Part shown: piece by piece, positions 61,487 to 64,000 of the stretch
How the letters are laid out: every line of letters starts with the position of its first letter
Numbering within the stretch: position 1 is the stretch's first letter
DNA from: Myxococcales bacterium
GTDB lineage: Bacteria > Myxococcota_A > Polyangia > Polyangiales > DASUME01
Reading direction: 5' to 3'
Assembly: GCA_047601445.1 (NCBI GenBank)
Contig: JASGJH010000001.1
Coordinates: 448,001-512,000 of the forward strand
DNA length: 64,000 nt
Notes under the pieces: model-generated
The model's database searches: none
What the model saw: the letters and a program-made list of their open reading frames with translations, nothing else
Told to the model about the DNA's origin: nothing
Program-made: the position numbers and the translations under genes

Positions 61487-62470
61487 CTACTTCAAGGATG
61501 GTGGATCTGATTTCAACACGCAGAACATGGTGTCGGGGCTACAAACTGTCGCGTAGTCGGGGCTAATTCCCGATCCGATCGTGCGGCCCTTGCTGATGTC
61601 GGGCACCGAATCACACAGTGTGTCGTCCGGTACCATTTCTCCCACCGGCGCTTCTGGTTCTGGGGTGCCGCAGTCGACCTCGGGGGCGGGTTCACCGCCG
61701 TCCGCGTCCACTGCTACGGAGCCGTCGAGATCACCGCCGTCTGCGATGCCCGCATCATCGGGCTGCGCTGCGTCGGGCTGCTCGCCGTCGGTCGGAGCAG
61801 GAGCAGCGGCATCGGCGTCGACCGGGAGCTCCAGCGCGCAGCTGACCACCGGGTAGACCGCGGTAACCTTGTAGACCGCGGTGCAGCCGTTGGCGATGTA
61901 GGTGAGGTCCGCCGCGAACGAGGTGCCCGTATCGGCCGCCGTGTTGTAGACGCGGACATTGCTGAACTGATACTGCACGTCGACCGCGTCCTGAGCAGGA
62001 TAGGGCGGCATGCACATGTCTTCGTTGGGCATCTCGGGGTACGCGTCCATGCGCACCCGCGCCACGTTGAGCGTGGGCACCACGCAGAAGTCATCACTTC
62101 CCGCGGTAGAGTCCTCGAAGCCTCCGAGCGCATAGGGCTTGTCTTCAGGGTTCGGCACCCCGAGCGAGTACAGATAGTTCGTGATCCCGGAGGGCTGGAT
62201 GCCGATGCTGGTCCGATTGTAATCGGGGCTCTTGTCCTTGCTGGAGATCGGCTGGTTGTACCCCTGCACGCTGAGGACTTCGCCGGTGAGGGTGGCGCAG
62301 TCACCCTCGCCCGAGACCAATGTGTAGTGCGCCGCGAAATCGCCGCGCGCGATGTTGCACTTGGGCTTGGGCTGTTCGCAGCCCACGACGAGTAGGCTGG
62401 CGGCGCCTAGGCCGCACACCGACAGCACCTGAGTGCGAGCACGGTTTTTCATGTTCTTTGCGTTCCTCAT
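61487..62470 (-). CDS. Cys-rich lipoprotein, MlpA-like
   Basis: Lipobox VVGC followed by EQP..C; directly downstream of the oar-like gene, as mlpA follows oar in Myxococcus. Confidence 0.7.
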   Translation of the reverse strand: MRNAKNMKNRARTQVLSVCGLGAASLLVVGCEQPKPKCNIARGDFAAHYTLVSGEGDCATLTGEVLSVQGYNQPISSKDKSPDYNRTSIGIQPSGITNYLYSLGVPNPEDKPYALGGFEDSTAGSDDFCVVPTLNVARVRMDAYPEMPNEDMCMPPYPAQDAVDVQYQFSNVRVYNTAADTGTSFAADLTYIANGCTAVYKVTAVYPVVSCALELPVDADAAAPAPTDGEQPDAAQPDDAGIADGGDLDGSVAVDADGGEPAPEVDCGTPEPEAPVGEMVPDDTLCDSVPDISKGRTIGSGISPDYATVCSPDTMFCVLKSDPPSLK

Positions 62471-62473
62471 GGC

Positions 62474-64000
62474 TCAGAACGTCCCCTTGATGCCGAAGCG
62501 AAACATGCGCGGCGCCTGGTAGGCCGTTGCGCGACCGAAGTTGGGATTCTTGTTGGCGGGATCGAACGGGGTGCCGTCGTCGTTTTGCAGGTTGGCTAGG
62601 CCTCCGCTCTCAACGGGGCGGACGTTGGCGGTCGTGTAGCGTTGATCTCGCGCCGTAACCTGCTGGAAGTTGAACAGATTGAAGATGTCCATGGTCAGCG
62701 AGATGGTGCGGTCCTTCTCGAACTTGAACCCGTAGGCGAGCCGCACGTCCACGTTGTACACCCAGGGCAAGCGCTCACCTTCGCCGCGGTCGAGGATGTA
62801 CACCTGATCGGTGAGGTAGAGCGGGTGCGAGCCGAGCACGCTGGTCGGGCCGCCCGAGTAGGCGCGGAAGCCGGCGCCAGGCGTAATCGCACCGAACTTG
62901 CCCGGGAGCTCGAACTCCCTCGCGCCGAACGCACGGAAATAGTGGCGGTGGTCGCCCGGCAAGTAGCCGTTGCGGTTCACCGTCAGCGAGCGCAGGTCGA
63001 AGTCGCTGTTCATGTGCGGATCGTTCTGAAGGCTATCCGCGCTGTAGAGACCGGTGTAGTTGCCGCGCAGCCACGACACGGTGTAGCTGGCCTGGGCCAT
63101 CCAGCCGTGAGAGTAGAGCTTGGTGAAGTACAGCGTGACGCCGTCGTACTTGCGCTCGGCCTTGGGGAAGTCCTTGGCGATGCCCGAGCCCGGGTTGCCG
63201 AAGAAGTAGGTGTTGGCCTCGTCGCGGCTCATGTCTTCGATGGTCTGATTGAGCCAGCGCTTGGAGTAAGTGAGGCCCAGGCGGCCATCTTCGATGATCT
63301 CGTACTCGCCGCCGCTCACGAACTCGTCGGTCGAGGGAGCCTTGATCTTGGGATCGACGGTGGAGGTACCCGAGGCGTAGGGAGCGTACTTCGAGTTGGG
63401 AGCCGCGCCCCAAGGCAGCAGGTTGTCGTACTGTGTGCACGCGCCAGCTGCTTGTCCGGGCTTGGTCGGATCGCACGCAGCGCCATCCGCGTAGGAGTAG
63501 AGGAAAGGCTCGCCGGACAGATAGCGATCCAGCATGCGCAGCGGCACGGTCTCGTAGTAGCGAGCGTAGTTGACGAAGAGCTTGGACTTACCTTCGGAGG
63601 TGGGGTCGAAGATCAGACCGGCGCGGGGCGAGACCTGGTTCGGGAGCACCATCGCGAGGCTGCCGTCGCGCGCGTACATGAGCTGCGCGTCGTAGCGTAG
63701 GCCGGCGTTGAGGGTCACCCAGTCCTTCATCGCCCAGCTGTCCTGGACGAAGCCACCCATCGACATCGAGCGTGTCGCCTTGTGAATGCTCTGAAGCACC
63801 ACCGGCTGATCGGGGCCGGAGAGGTAGCCGTTGGCGAGCTGCTGCTCGTAAATCTGGCCGTCATAGGACTGGTCGACGAAGTCGCGGCCGCCAGTGTAGG
63901 CACTCCTGTTGTCCAACCATTGATGCTCGAGGTCGAACCCGAGCTTGGCGGTATGGTGACCGAAACCCTCGAACAGATAGGTCAGGACGGAGCGCGCCTG
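62474..64000 (-). CDS. Oar-like TonB-dependent outer-membrane transporter (5' part outside the window)
   Basis: FVQDSW, TLNAGLRYD, SPRAG, YARYYE, DIFNLFN, terminal FRFGIKGTF. Confidence 0.9.
   Translation of the reverse strand, partial: QARSVLTYLFEGFGHHTAKLGFDLEHQWLDNRSAYTGGRDFVDQSYDGQIYEQQLANGYLSGPDQPVVLQSIHKATRSMSMGGFVQDSWAMKDWVTLNAGLRYDAQLMYARDGSLAMVLPNQVSPRAGLIFDPTSEGKSKLFVNYARYYETVPLRMLDRYLSGEPFLYSYADGAACDPTKPGQAAGACTQYDNLLPWGAAPNSKYAPYASGTSTVDPKIKAPSTDEFVSGGEYEIIEDGRLGLTYSKRWLNQTIEDMSRDEANTYFFGNPGSGIAKDFPKAERKYDGVTLYFTKLYSHGWMAQASYTVSWLRGNYTGLYSADSLQNDPHMNSDFDLRSLTVNRNGYLPGDHRHYFRAFGAREFELPGKFGAITPGAGFRAYSGGPTSVLGSHPLYLTDQVYILDRGEGERLPWVYNVDVRLAYGFKFEKDRTISLTMDIFNLFNFQQVTARDQRYTTANVRPVESGGLANLQNDDGTPFDPANKNPNFGRATAYQAPRMFRFGIKGTF

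Overview
High-GC genomic DNA with typical myxobacterial (Myxococcota) gene content; the taxonomy is inferred from gene families only. In order, the window holds: a minus-strand moxR-DUF58-batABCDE operon plus a lone response regulator; a Ser/Thr kinase; hemL; an F0-only atp operon; PilZ, ccmE, pyrR-pyrB and namZ; a 1588-aa kinase/TPR/GAF/sigma54-activator fusion; an MglA/SofG-like GTPase coupled to a PocR histidine kinase, followed by thiL; two outer-membrane barrel genes; the mraZ-ftsZ dcw cluster (no murB or ddl); accessory lipoprotein, VOC and OPT genes; a kinase/sigma54-activator/FHA locus; and an oar-like TBDR-mlpA-tonB-exbB-exbD-exbD operon that ends in a MYXO-CTERM metalloprotease. I recognised no rRNA, tRNA, CRISPR array or mobile element. 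Most notable observations: (1) the TonB operon carrying its own surface protease; (2) four apparent +1 frameshifts, all in envelope genes and three of them at GAAT, more likely consensus errors than biology; (3) recurrent -10 boxes 6-7 nt before SD-less start codons, suggesting leaderless mRNAs; (4) a perfect 28-bp duplication that separates two convergent genes; (5) a possibly split FHA/sigma54-activator signalling module. All family calls come from motifs read by eye; no searches were run.
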